Part shown: one piece after another, positions 1 to 9,247 of the stretch | How the letters are laid out: the number at the start of each line of letters is the position of its first letter | Position numbering within the stretch: the stretch's first letter is position 1 | NCBI GenBank assembly: GCA_963790025.1 | Contig: CAWBMP010000004.1 | Location: forward strand, 1,440,001 to 1,504,000 | DNA from: Nitrospirota bacterium | Lineage (GTDB): Bacteria > Nitrospirota > Thermodesulfovibrionia > Thermodesulfovibrionales > Dissulfurispiraceae | Direction: 5' to 3' | Length of the DNA stretch: 64,000 nt | Made by a program: the position numbers and the translations under genes | Notes under the pieces: model-generated | Databases searched by the model: none | Seen by the model: only the letters and a program-made list of their open reading frames with translations | Told to the model about the DNA's origin: nothing

Positions 1-5
1 GGTTG

Positions 6-410
6 TTACTGTTTTCCATGAACTTCCTCACAGTATCCATCATGTCGTTCCAGGAATTCCGGAGTCCCGTATCGTTGGTATCTTTGCGAGAGACGGTATT
101 TCGTGCAGGCTTTTCCCTGATATCTCATGCCGCCCCTATGGACAATATCAACGAATCCGAGTTCATGTAGCCGCTTTATGCCCCTATCAAAAGCAGAGGC
201 ATGTAAGCCTGATTTCTTCGCTTCTCTGTAGGTGAGAGTGAATTCGTATGAAAACCTGTCGTGTGGATTGTTCGTTTTGACTTTTCGCATACAAAGAATC
301 AGAGCGTGCATGGCAGCACCGGTTAGCTCCTTAAATGATAGGCTGTCAATAATTTCATATGTGATCGGCACAAAGCCACCAACAATTTTATTGCTCTTTT
401 TCTTCTTCAC
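6..410 (-). CDS. Hypothetical phage-type protein, possible winged-helix replication/regulatory protein
   Basis: 134-aa ORF; FVPI...SxSFKEL N-terminus and ASAFDRGIKRLHELGFV resemble wHTH proteins of mobile elements. Confidence 0.5.
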   Translation of the reverse strand: MKKKKSNKIVGGFVPITYEIIDSLSFKELTGAAMHALILCMRKVKTNNPHDRFSYEFTLTYREAKKSGLHASAFDRGIKRLHELGFVDIVHRGGMRYQGKACTKYRLSQRYQRYGTPEFLERHDGYCEEVHGKQ

Positions 411-419
411 AATATTTCA

Positions 420-620
420 TCATTGCCCCACTTCTTCGGGCGAGCGGCTCCCCGCAGGCGACCCGATGCCAGAGGGGAGTGGCGTAAATCCACTCCCGTT
501 GTTGAAATGGTTCTCCACCTGTGATACAGTATTTTTATCAATTTTGTTCAGCGATTTATTGGAAAGCCCTTGTTCCCGCAAGGGCTTTTCCATTCCCTTA
601 CCTGCGTCAACTATTTTCAT
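420..620 (-). CDS. Hypothetical protein
   Basis: ATG preceded by GGAGGAG; overlaps the stop of the upstream ORF. Confidence 0.35.
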   Translation of the reverse strand: MKIVDAGKGMEKPLREQGLSNKSLNKIDKNTVSQVENHFNNGSGFTPLPSGIGSPAGSRSPEEVGQ

Positions 621-1024
621 TTGGCTCCTCCGCAGATATGCCCACTTTCAGATTCCAAAGTCTCACCACATTGCAAACATCTATCTATTTCCAACTGGAC
701 TAATATCCACCACCCGTTTCTTATCCGCACCGGTAGATGTTCGACGTTTTCAAAGGCTCGTTTTAAGACCCACCTCACCGGTTGGGCAAAAGATGGACAT
801 GGCCAACGCACCAACGCAACCTCTAGCCATGAGGCAAAATCGAAATCCTTATCCAGTATCTTTGCGACACTCAGAGGATAAAGATCTGTTTTCTCCATTG
901 TATCGCGGCAGTCATCATGACTGCCCGTGTAAATTACGGACCCTCGCAGGGTATCCATTGTGAACCCAACGACAACGTAATCTGCCAAGGGCTTTTCCAC
1001 TTCCTTACTTGATGTTTTCACCAT
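617..1024 (-). CDS. Hypothetical phage protein
   Basis: 135-aa ORF coupled to the ERF gene; AGGAG RBS. Confidence 0.4.
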   Translation of the reverse strand: MVKTSSKEVEKPLADYVVVGFTMDTLRGSVIYTGSHDDCRDTMEKTDLYPLSVAKILDKDFDFASWLEVALVRWPCPSFAQPVRWVLKRAFENVEHLPVRIRNGWWILVQLEIDRCLQCGETLESESGHICGGAK

Positions 1025-1832
1025 TTTTACTCTCCTTGTCTTTCTGTTCTTTTGCTTCCTTTTCCTTTACCATTTTAATCAGTGTTCCGATTAGCGTTAT
1101 CGCCTGCTTTTTGGAAATATCCTTTGTGCTTTCAAGACGGCCATCAATGCCCAAAATCCGAGCAGTTTCCGCAAGCCTACGCTCTCTTTCCTGCCTCAAA
1201 AATGGTGTAAATTCGGCATCCTGTTCTGGCTCCTGATACCCCAATATCATGAACTCCTTGTGGATGCGTCCCAGTTGATCATTTGTCAGTTTTTCATCAT
1301 CAGTGTGGAAAACTTTTTCCGCCACTGATTCTACCGGCTTGATTGTCGGGTTATCTGCATCCTGTTTTTCCCGACGCACAAAGGATTCCAGTTCCACTGC
1401 CTCAACAGGCGGCAAGGGTTTGAGATTTACATTTCCTCTTCCGCATGCGGCGTTGCCGTCATCATCGTCGTCATCCGTCGCAATTCCGACAATGCCCATG
1501 AGCGAATATCGTCTCGCATAGGTTATAGCGGAACCAATTCCCTGCGGGTCGTTTTTTACAGGCGGCATCGACAATTTACTGCTTATCCACTGACCCGAGT
1601 TATGCATAAGTGTCGTTACGACTATCACAGCGTCTGGACTGCATTCGGTTGTCTGGGTTACTGATAATCCGTTATCAGATAGCGGTTTGCGAATTACGTC
1701 CCAACATGCAGAAAGCGGTGCGTATTTGGATTTATAAAACGGATTCGTTAAACCCTTTGCCACACTCCCTATTGCACCCTGTGTTTTGCTTAATGCCGCT
1801 GCCAACTCGTTAATGCTTGGTGAACTTTCCAT
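1005..1832 (-). CDS. ERF-family single-strand annealing recombinase
   Basis: NPFYKSKYAPL, TTLMHNSGQW, DPQGIGSAITYARRYSL and DDDDGN are ERF signature motifs. Confidence 0.9.
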   Translation of the reverse strand: MESSPSINELAAALSKTQGAIGSVAKGLTNPFYKSKYAPLSACWDVIRKPLSDNGLSVTQTTECSPDAVIVVTTLMHNSGQWISSKLSMPPVKNDPQGIGSAITYARRYSLMGIVGIATDDDDDDGNAACGRGNVNLKPLPPVEAVELESFVRREKQDADNPTIKPVESVAEKVFHTDDEKLTNDQLGRIHKEFMILGYQEPEQDAEFTPFLRQERERRLAETARILGIDGRLESTKDISKKQAITLIGTLIKMVKEKEAKEQKDKESKNGENIK

Positions 1833-1833
1833 A

Positions 1834-2046
1834 TTACTTTTCCTCCTGTTGTAATTTTTCCAAAATGTACACCCTCAACATTGTTGCTACATACATCCCT
1901 TTCCGCACGGCAACTTGACGGATTTGCTCCACCACGCTACCGGGCAGACGAAGATGCACACACTTGTCTTTCCTTACTGCCGTGTCTACTACATTCATCC
2001 TTTGTTCTCCTTTGTGTCTCGATTTATAGAATATGAGACACTTCAT
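1834..2046 (-). CDS. Small CopG/ribbon-helix-helix-like DNA-binding protein
   Basis: VHLRLPGSVVEQIRQVAVRKGM...LRVYILEKL fits an RHH pattern; true start may be the internal Met (MNVVD) after AGGAG. Confidence 0.5.
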   Translation of the reverse strand: MKCLIFYKSRHKGEQRMNVVDTAVRKDKCVHLRLPGSVVEQIRQVAVRKGMYVATMLRVYILEKLQQEEK

Positions 2047-2155
2047 TGTTATTAAAAAAGCAGAATGAGATTCAATCTGCTCGCCTATGCTGCTAATTTA
2101 TCTCTCCAAAAAACGTAAGTCAAAAAACATTGCAATGCTTATTATTTCATTGCAA

Positions 2156-2926
2156 TCACCTATCCACCATGTCATCCGCGCAGTATGAACAAATCTGAGT
2201 CCAGCCTTGTGCTCTCCATTCAGAGATAGAACATAGGTCATCATCGATACACTTGTAGTTCAAAACTTCGTAAAAACCATCGGAAAGTGAATCGAAATTC
2301 CTTTCTATATAGTCTGAGATGCTTCCTCCATACTCACTTTCCAGCTCCGACATGAATTTGCTATCTTCAGTATCAATCTCGATTATGTATTCTGTTTCCT
2401 CACACCTCGTTTCATATCGTATGATCCTAAATTTTGTCATCTGACCCGTTTCAAAGACGTCGCTCTCATTGCCAAAAACATCCAACTGTTTTCCAACGAT
2501 CTTATTTTTCAGTTTATTTTCTTCCTCATGAGGGTCAATCGCTTTTTGTCTCAAACGCTGATTTTCCACCTGTAACTCTGTGACTATTTTATTAAGCCGA
2601 TTGTTTTCGGTTTGCTCAAACAACAATAGTCTCCATAGGTGTAAAGGTTCATTCATGCCACCTCCCTCGTCGTATTGGCAATAATGCAAGTAGTGATCTT
2701 TACAGAGGAAAAAATCGTGTTTGATGTGTGTTGCTATCGCATCACCACATACCTCGCATTCCTCTTTTCCAAAATTTAAAAATTTCTTCATCCACTCCGC
2801 CTCATACTCATCGCTTCCTCTTTCGCGACATAAGGCATAGTCGACAAAGTCGGATAATCCTTCCTCCTCGAGCCCTCCTTGTTTGCCAATCTGTTTAATT
2901 TCATTTTCATCCAAACTTTTAATCAT
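2156..2926 (-). CDS. Hypothetical acidic phage protein (possible internal second start at MNEPLHL)
   Basis: 256-aa ORF with GGAGG RBS; an internal GGAGG-ATG is also present. Confidence 0.45.
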   Translation of the reverse strand: MIKSLDENEIKQIGKQGGLEEEGLSDFVDYALCRERGSDEYEAEWMKKFLNFGKEECEVCGDAIATHIKHDFFLCKDHYLHYCQYDEGGGMNEPLHLWRLLLFEQTENNRLNKIVTELQVENQRLRQKAIDPHEEENKLKNKIVGKQLDVFGNESDVFETGQMTKFRIIRYETRCEETEYIIEIDTEDSKFMSELESEYGGSISDYIERNFDSLSDGFYEVLNYKCIDDDLCSISEWRAQGWTQICSYCADDMVDR

Positions 2927-3143
2927 CTTTCCCCTCCATCAAAAGTTTTATTTGCCGGTAACTTGACCTGCATGCATATTTAAACTCTGTTTTCCGCGCC
3001 TTCCAAATCGGGTTTTTACGATAATGATACGACGTTGATTTATCACAGTATTTTTTTGCAATGGATTGCAATGACATTTTATTTTTTATTTCAGGGAAAT
3101 GAGGGAAATGTCTGTAATGGGGAATAATAGATACTGTTAAGGG

Positions 3144-3617
3144 TTAAAAACCATGTCGGGATAATGTCTCTGTGAAGGCAGGTTGTTTGTATGTAGAACC
3201 TACAGTCTCATCCAAAAATTTGGCTATCAACTGCAAATTCTTTTGTGATGGCTTTATGCGTCCAGATATCCAATCCGTTAACTGTTCGGGGTGTCGATTC
3301 ATCACCTTCGCCAGTCGCTCATATGATAATCCATTAACCTTCTTATAAAAATCCAGATTTCTGACAACATCTTCAATAGGTGGACGCTCAAATGGCATAT
3401 AGCCGAGGAACTCAATAATCTTGGGTATATGGACTAATTCCGGTTCTGTTAAGTCCTTCTCCCAGTGAAGTATTGTCTGTTCAGATACCCGGAATATTGT
3501 CGAAACTGCCAATTGTGTTAAGTTTCTATCCATACGAGCTTTTCTGATGTGTTCGCCTATCCGTGTCGGCACTTTGGGATAGCCTTTTGGCGACATTTCT
3601 GGTAAAATCAAAGACAT
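3144..3617 (-). CDS. Double HTH XRE-family transcriptional regulator
   Basis: IGEHIRKARMDRNLTQLAVS...TILHWEK and GLSYERLAKVM...LTDWISG are two XRE HTH units; start placed inside the element. Confidence 0.75.
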   Translation of the reverse strand: MSLILPEMSPKGYPKVPTRIGEHIRKARMDRNLTQLAVSTIFRVSEQTILHWEKDLTEPELVHIPKIIEFLGYMPFERPPIEDVVRNLDFYKKVNGLSYERLAKVMNRHPEQLTDWISGRIKPSQKNLQLIAKFLDETVGSTYKQPAFTETLSRHGF

Positions 3618-3664
3618 GCGATATAGGAGCATCTTTGAAAAAGTTGGAAAAGTGTCCGCAGGAA

Positions 3665-4141
3665 TGTCCCTGCGGTTACCTGGGCGACCCGCGGCATCAG
3701 TGCACCTGCACTCCCGGCATGACCAATCGCTACCGGTCAAAAATCTCGGGGCCGCTCATGGACCGTATCGATATTCATGTAAACGTGCCCTCCGTTCCTT
3801 ACAAGGAACTATCAGGAGACTATTCCGGAGAGAAGTCGGAACTATTACGGCTGCGGGTATATGAGGCAAGAGAACGGCAGTTGAACAGGTTCAAAGGCGA
3901 TAAAATTTTCGCCAACGGCCAGATGAAGACAAGGCATATAAAGAAGTACTGTGCTCTTTCCGAAGATGCTCACAGCCTTCTTGATACCGCCATGCAGCGG
4001 CTTAACTTAAGTGCTCGCGCTTATTCAAGGATACTTAAAGTCGCGCGGACAGTAGCAGACCTGGACAGTGCCGAGGCAATCGGGAGCAGCCATGTCGCCG
4101 AGGCAATACAGTACCGCATGCTCGACAGGGGACAAGTTTAG
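3665..4141 (+). pseudogene. comM: 3' part of comM/YifB Mg-chelatase-like AAA+ ATPase, interrupted by the integrated element
   Basis: CPCGYLGD...RYRSKISGPLMDRIDIHV...LSARAYSRILKVARTVADL...EAIQYR; similarity starts exactly at CPCG and the preceding AAMNP is absent. Confidence 0.9.
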
Positions 4142-4210
4142 GCGGGACCGGCGTATTTACTTTTACGTTTCGTGTTGCTACAATTAAGGAAAATTATGCC
4201 GGAGGTCTTG

Positions 4211-4684
4211 ATGGCACAAAAAAAATCAATAGCAAAAAAGAAAACTCCAGTAAAGAAAGCTGCTGTTGCAAAGACAGCGGCACCAAAAAAGATCACTGCA
4301 AAAGTACCGGCCCAAAAAGCTGCGGCAAAAAAGATTAGTGTAAAGACACCCGCTAAAAAAGTTGCGGCAAAAAAGATTCCTGCCCAAAAGGCTGCTGTCA
4401 AAAAGACGCCGGCAAAAAAGGCGATTATTGAACGGAAACCTGCACTCCTCAAAACCGCTGTAAAGAAAGCCGGTACCGCTAAAAAGTCAATGTCCGGGAA
4501 AGTAGCTGTACCCAAGCGGGCAATCAAAAAAATAACATCTATAACGGCTGAGTCAATTCCTGTAAAGCCTGCGGTACAGGCACCCATAACAGCCAGAAAA
4601 CCCGGACTGGCTTCGGTAATCGCAAAAATAACGGATACAAATAGGAAATCGGCCCCAACAAATGGAGGGCCCCTCAAAAACTGA
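4211..4684 (+). CDS. Lys/Ala/Pro-rich histone H1/Hc2-like nucleoid protein
   Basis: GGAGG RBS at 4201; repeated KTPAKK/KKAAAK units. Confidence 0.7.
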   Translation: MAQKKSIAKKKTPVKKAAVAKTAAPKKITAKVPAQKAAAKKISVKTPAKKVAAKKIPAQKAAVKKTPAKKAIIERKPALLKTAVKKAGTAKKSMSGKVAVPKRAIKKITSITAESIPVKPAVQAPITARKPGLASVIAKITDTNRKSAPTNGGPLKN

Positions 4685-4833
4685 AGCGGCCCGGAAGCGT
4701 GCTGCCTAAAAAGTACAAGCAGAGTACGGGCTATATGTGCCAGGTAAAAAGTTTTGGTGCCTATAGGCGACAACTTACATTATTCAGCGGTTAAGTTTTA
4801 ATAAGACGCATAATAAAAATATGGAGGAACTCT

Positions 4834-5013
4834 ATGAAAATTGAACTGGAAGGGACACTGATCAAATTTACGCCGGAGAACGAAAGGGAAAAGAAAGAAC
4901 TCAATCAGTTGTGGGTAATCATAATAGGATGTGTAGACCAGGGGAAGAAACTGGTGCCGGTAGGAGAATATCTTCCCGGCATAAAGGAAGTTGCAGTCTT
5001 TAATATGGAATAA
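4834..5013 (+). CDS. Small conserved-looking hypothetical protein (59 aa; not in the ORF track)
   Basis: GGAGG RBS; MKIELEGTLIKFTPENEREKKELNQLWVIIIGCVDQGKKLVPVGEYLPGIKEVAVFNME. Confidence 0.65.
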   Translation: MKIELEGTLIKFTPENEREKKELNQLWVIIIGCVDQGKKLVPVGEYLPGIKEVAVFNME

Positions 5014-5026
5014 GGCGAGACTGGAA

Positions 5027-5065
5027 CAGAAAGGGGACAGCGCTAAATAGTGCTGTCCTCTTTTT
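5027..5065. repeat. REP-like palindrome or possible terminator
   Basis: AAGGGGACAGCGCT-AAAT-AGTGCTGTCCTCTT imperfect hairpin followed by a T run. Confidence 0.5.
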
Positions 5066-5114
5066 GCAGCCCTGCGCTCCTTGGCTGCACTTTTCAGCTT
5101 TCCAGGAGAAAGTT

Positions 5115-5504
5115 ATGAAAACTTTGATGATCTTCTTTGTCGCATGCCTCGTTATTTCCTCGGGATGCACCAGCAATGTCTCGAAAACCACTGAGAAAGG
5201 GCTGTTTCATTTAGAACTTAGCGGTCAGGGACATCTCCTCAAAGAGGGCAGAAATGAAGTTCAGATACATATCACAGATAATAAAGGCATGGATGTGGCA
5301 GGCGCATTGATCGAGATTACTCCGTTCATGCCTGAACACGGTCATGGCAGCATGTGGCCCCCTACGGTAACTGAAAAAAGGAAAGGTTTATACCGGGCCG
5401 TCATTGTTCTACAGATGAGCGGTCACTGGGAACTCAGGATCAGGATACGCAAGGGAGATATTGAAGACAGCACTGTATTTGATTTTCCCAATGTTATGAA
5501 GTAG
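5115..5504 (+). CDS. FixH/YtkA-like lipoprotein
   Basis: Signal peptide with lipobox-like SGC; MPEHGHG and MSGHWEL motifs. Confidence 0.75.
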   Translation: MKTLMIFFVACLVISSGCTSNVSKTTEKGLFHLELSGQGHLLKEGRNEVQIHITDNKGMDVAGALIEITPFMPEHGHGSMWPPTVTEKRKGLYRAVIVLQMSGHWELRIRIRKGDIEDSTVFDFPNVMK

Positions 5505-5550
5505 ACAGACCCTGTCATACCTGCCGCCACACGTACAGGGATTTGATTGG

Positions 5551-5772
5551 TTATGACGCTTTACCTGTCGGTTTCGAAGAATCTTCCGGTGATCTATTTC
5601 GTCTTTCATTGCCCTTATAACTGCCGCCTCTTCCTCTGACAGGCTCCGTGGCAATGCTCACCCACCCTTCTGAACGGTAAAATTGTTTGATAGTCTTTGC
5701 AGCTATGAGGTCGCAAAGAATGGACGGGTCAACCATACCAAGAGTGCCATCCTGATATATTACCTTAATCAT
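5551..5772 (-). CDS. GSU3473-family small protein
   Basis: MIKVIYQDG...IKQFYRSEGWV...PVRG...YKGNERR pattern. Confidence 0.7.
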   Translation of the reverse strand: MIKVIYQDGTLGMVDPSILCDLIAAKTIKQFYRSEGWVSIATEPVRGRGGSYKGNERRNRSPEDSSKPTGKAS

Positions 5773-5943
5773 AATATTCTCTCCTTATCACAGAACTGCG
5801 AGGTTCCTGATGATTCAATCACTTGCTGCTGGCCGGTATGGCCCCTAACCTTATAGACACTTCTATTTGCCTTACAGACACTTTTAATTATATAGTTATC
5901 CTTAATTTTTCAAATGTCAAGAGTAAGTAGGGTCGGGTAGTGC

Positions 5944-7326
5944 TCAGGATATTAATTCTTTCAAATGTCTGATGAGTTCGCTCACCGCTGTCTGCGCGCT
6001 GCCGTAGAGCATACGCGTATTTTCTGCATAAAACAACGAGTTGTCGATCCCGGAATAGCCGGTACCTTTGCCGCGCTTAATCACTATTACATTGTGAGCA
6101 CGGTCAGCGTTCAGAATCGGCATGCCATATATGGGGCTCGATTTGTCTGTGCGCGCTGCGGGGTTTACCACGTCATTGGCCCCGATTACGACCGCCACAT
6201 CGGCCTCAGAAAATTCCTGGTTGATCTCGTCCAGATCAAAAATCTTCTCGTAGGGCACGCCCGCTTCAGCCAGAAGTACATTCATATGCCCGGGCATACG
6301 CCCTGCAACCGGATGGATGGCGAATTTGATCTCAATCCCGGCCTCCTCCAGGAGGTCGGTCATTTCCTTGACCTTGCCCTGCGCCCGCCCCACTGCCATG
6401 CCATAACCGGGGATGATTATCACCTTCCGCGCGTAGCGGACCATTACTGCAGCATCCAATGCAGAGATCTCTTTCATAGTCCCGGTTACCCCTGCACTGC
6501 CGGCCAGGACCTCGCCAGTAATCGGTTTGAACAGGATATTTAAGACCGGACGGTTCATTGCCCTGGCCATGAGATTGGTAAGGAGAGAGCCTGCTGCGCC
6601 CACCACAATACCGGCAATTATCAGGGCTGGGTTGTTCAGTACGTAGCCTTCGAACCCTACGGCAAGACCTGTAAAGGCATTGAAAAGCGAAATCACCACG
6701 GGCATGTCGGCGCCTCCTATGGGCATGGTGATAATTGCACCGAGCACGAGCGCTAGTGTGAAAAAAGCTATAATACTTATATTCGTGCCGGAGACAACCA
6801 TATGGAATGCGGCCACAATCGTAAGCGCTGCAAAAGAAATATTCACCGCATTTTGTCCAGGCAGGCGTATGGCCTTTCGTAAGATGCCCTGCAGCTTGGC
6901 AAAGGCGATGCAGGAACCGGAGAACGATACAGTACCGATCAGGGCACCCAGGACCGCCAGCACCGTTGCTGCCGCACTGTGCGCTTCGCCCCGGCCAAGT
7001 TCAAATGCTGCAATAGCAGCAGCGGAGCCGCCCCCCATCCCGTTAAACAGTGCAACCATCTGTGGCATATCAGTCATTCTGACCACCTTTGCCGACCACC
7101 AGGAAATGCTGCCGCCAAGGGCGAGGGCAAGTATGATCAGCGCATAATTGCTCATGCCGGGCCAGGCAAAAGTAACCAGGGTCGCCAGCATCATTCCTGC
7201 TCCGGCCCAGACAATGCCACGTCGCGCAGTCACGGGAGACGACATTCCCTTTAACCCCAATATAAATAGGAACGCTACTACAAAGTAGCTCGAATTGATT
7301 ATGAACCGGAAGCTCATTGCTGTCAT
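5944..7326 (-). CDS. pntB: NAD(P)+ transhydrogenase beta subunit
   Basis: MPQMVALFNGMGG, IGGADMPVVIS, PGYGMAV, HPVAGRMPGHMNVLLAEA motifs. Confidence 0.97.
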   Translation of the reverse strand: MTAMSFRFIINSSYFVVAFLFILGLKGMSSPVTARRGIVWAGAGMMLATLVTFAWPGMSNYALIILALALGGSISWWSAKVVRMTDMPQMVALFNGMGGGSAAAIAAFELGRGEAHSAAATVLAVLGALIGTVSFSGSCIAFAKLQGILRKAIRLPGQNAVNISFAALTIVAAFHMVVSGTNISIIAFFTLALVLGAIITMPIGGADMPVVISLFNAFTGLAVGFEGYVLNNPALIIAGIVVGAAGSLLTNLMARAMNRPVLNILFKPITGEVLAGSAGVTGTMKEISALDAAVMVRYARKVIIIPGYGMAVGRAQGKVKEMTDLLEEAGIEIKFAIHPVAGRMPGHMNVLLAEAGVPYEKIFDLDEINQEFSEADVAVVIGANDVVNPAARTDKSSPIYGMPILNADRAHNVIVIKRGKGTGYSGIDNSLFYAENTRMLYGSAQTAVSELIRHLKELIS

Positions 7327-7628
7327 CTTTTAGAGGATTCTTTCGTCTTTCCGCTCTTGAACATGGCGAGCATGCGTTCCGTGACCACATAGCCGCCGGC
7401 GGCATTGGCTGCCCCGAGCAGTACCGCCAGGAAGCCGATAGCCTTCTCAAAAGGCGTTTGCGCCTGTCCTAACACAACCATTGCACCCACCAGCACCACA
7501 CCGTGAATGAAATTCGAGCCTGACATGAGAGGCGTGTGCAGGATTACAGGCACCCGCGATATAACCTCATAACCGGCGAATGCAGCCAACATGAATATAT
7601 AGAGTGCGGCAAAGCCTTCCATAGGCAC
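7323..7628 (-). CDS. pntA: NAD(P)+ transhydrogenase alpha subunit, part 2 (membrane)
   Basis: VPVILHTPLMSGSNFIHG and GGYVVTERMLAMF. Confidence 0.95.
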   Translation of the reverse strand: MPMEGFAALYIFMLAAFAGYEVISRVPVILHTPLMSGSNFIHGVVLVGAMVVLGQAQTPFEKAIGFLAVLLGAANAAGGYVVTERMLAMFKSGKTKESSKR

Positions 7629-7675
7629 CTCCTTACAAAAATTGCTCCCGATGCTTCGGCATTATGGCACTTTTT

Positions 7676-8800
7676 TCATAATCCCAGTGATCTTCGAGCA
7701 CTTTCATTGCGGACCTGTCCCTCAACGGTGAAGGCGCTCCCCTGAATGATCTCGTCGCTCCAGTCAAGTCTGAGTTCGCCGTCTTTAAGATGAGGGGCTA
7801 AAAAATTAAACAGGTTTCTGGAATACATTTCCGAGGCGTGGACAGGCATGCTGGATGGCAGGTTGACCGGGCCGAAAATAGTGACACCGTCCATGATCAC
7901 TGTCTCGCCTGCCCGTGTGCCGGCCACATTGCCGCCTCCCTCCGCAGCCATGTCCACGATCACAGCACTCCGTTTCATACCAGCCACCATGTCTTCAGTG
8001 ACGATCAGGGGGCTTTTCTTTCCTGGCAAGGCAGCCGTAGTGATCAGTACGTCAACTTGAGAAATTGCCTTCGCGAGTTTTTCTTTCTGGACCTTTTTTT
8101 CCTCTTCCGTCAATTCTCTCGCATACCCGCCGGCTCCGCCCGCAGACATGCCGGCATCTATGAATCTCGCTCCGACTGACTCTGCCTGCTCCCTGGTTTC
8201 ACTACGCACGTCATAAGCTTCAACAATCGCGCCTAGGCGATGGGCAGTCGCTATCGCCTGCAGACCTGCAACTCCCACGCCGATTACAAGCACCCGCGCC
8301 GGGCTCAGAGTCCCGGCTGCGAACGTTATCATAGGGAAGAATTTCGGGCAGTTCCCCGCAGCTATGATTGCACAGAGATAACCGGCCACCGTAGCTTGTG
8401 ACGTAAGAGCATCCATGCTCTGGGCCCGCGAAATACGCGGAATCAATTCGAGAGCAAAGCTGGTTATTTGCTTCTCACACAATAGTCCTGCACGTTCCGG
8501 GTTTTCGAAGGGGTGCAGGAAACCGGTTAGTACAGTGCCCGGGCGCATCGTCCGTATCTCCTCTTTTGTGGGCGCCTGCACCTTGAATATAACCTGAGAT
8601 CTGGCATATACCTCTTCAGCATCCGCCGCAATATCCACTTGCCCGAATTCCTCGTCGCGGAAATGGCTCCCCGAGCCAGCGCCGCGCTCTATACAAATAC
8701 CTGCCCCCAGGGCCTTGAACTTTGAGGCCACTTCGGGCACCAGGGCCACGCGCTTCTCACCCTTAACCGACTCCTTCGGAACTCCTATTATGAGGGCCAT
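7676..8800 (-). CDS. pntA: NAD(P)+ transhydrogenase alpha subunit, part 1 (NAD-binding)
   Basis: PRISRAQSMDAL, GVGVAGLQAIATA, VDMAAEGGGN. Confidence 0.95.
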   Translation of the reverse strand: MALIIGVPKESVKGEKRVALVPEVASKFKALGAGICIERGAGSGSHFRDEEFGQVDIAADAEEVYARSQVIFKVQAPTKEEIRTMRPGTVLTGFLHPFENPERAGLLCEKQITSFALELIPRISRAQSMDALTSQATVAGYLCAIIAAGNCPKFFPMITFAAGTLSPARVLVIGVGVAGLQAIATAHRLGAIVEAYDVRSETREQAESVGARFIDAGMSAGGAGGYARELTEEEKKVQKEKLAKAISQVDVLITTAALPGKKSPLIVTEDMVAGMKRSAVIVDMAAEGGGNVAGTRAGETVIMDGVTIFGPVNLPSSMPVHASEMYSRNLFNFLAPHLKDGELRLDWSDEIIQGSAFTVEGQVRNESARRSLGL

Positions 8801-9247
8801 AATGAGATCATTATATCACCTTTAGTGCGTTTGGGTATCTCAAGGGCAAATTTCGTCTTTTTACCTTTTATAGAAATTATGAAGTAATATTGATACATTT
8901 ATAAAAAGGCTGCAACTCGGGGGAGAAGGCGGTTGGGACTACCTGACTGTTGATAGTGCAGCAAGGACTTTACAGTGTTCGATATTGAACTTTTACGAAA
9001 CATCAATCAAGTCGCCTGGTAATCAGTAATTCAATTTGTGAGATATTTTGAAGGGTACCGCGCTACAGCTAATATTACTATAGCAATCAATTACTATTGT
9101 AATTGAGGATAAGCTATTGTATACTGGGCTCCAAAAAAATTCCCTAGTCGCAAAAAAACACAAACCATTGGTAAAGAGGCGACTGAAAACTTCGGATCTT
9201 ATAACAAAGATGGCCAGACTGTACTATTAACAAAAGGAGTACATGAT

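Larger units (their letters stand above)
1..3664. mobile_element. Right-hand part of a phage-like integrative element inserted in comM (continues beyond the window start)
   Basis: Co-oriented minus-strand phage-type genes (ERF recombinase, HTH/RHH regulators, hypotheticals) end abruptly at a 5'-truncated comM; no integrase in the window. Confidence 0.75.

Noticed and set aside
232..963. 243-aa plus-strand ORF, and the many other antisense or overlapping ORFs in the track (e.g. 4138..4773, 24533..25270, 18866..19498)
   Set aside because: They are shadows of better-supported genes on the opposite strand or frame, with no motifs or RBS.
3563..3740. N-terminal extensions of track ORFs 3563..4141 (+) and 3144..3740 (-)
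   Set aside because: Both cross the element/comM junction; the extensions are chance open frames.
8905..9190. Riboswitch upstream of the FNT gene (GCTGCA...TGCAGC and AGTCGC...GCGACT pairings)
   Set aside because: Only short stems and no recognisable aptamer consensus.
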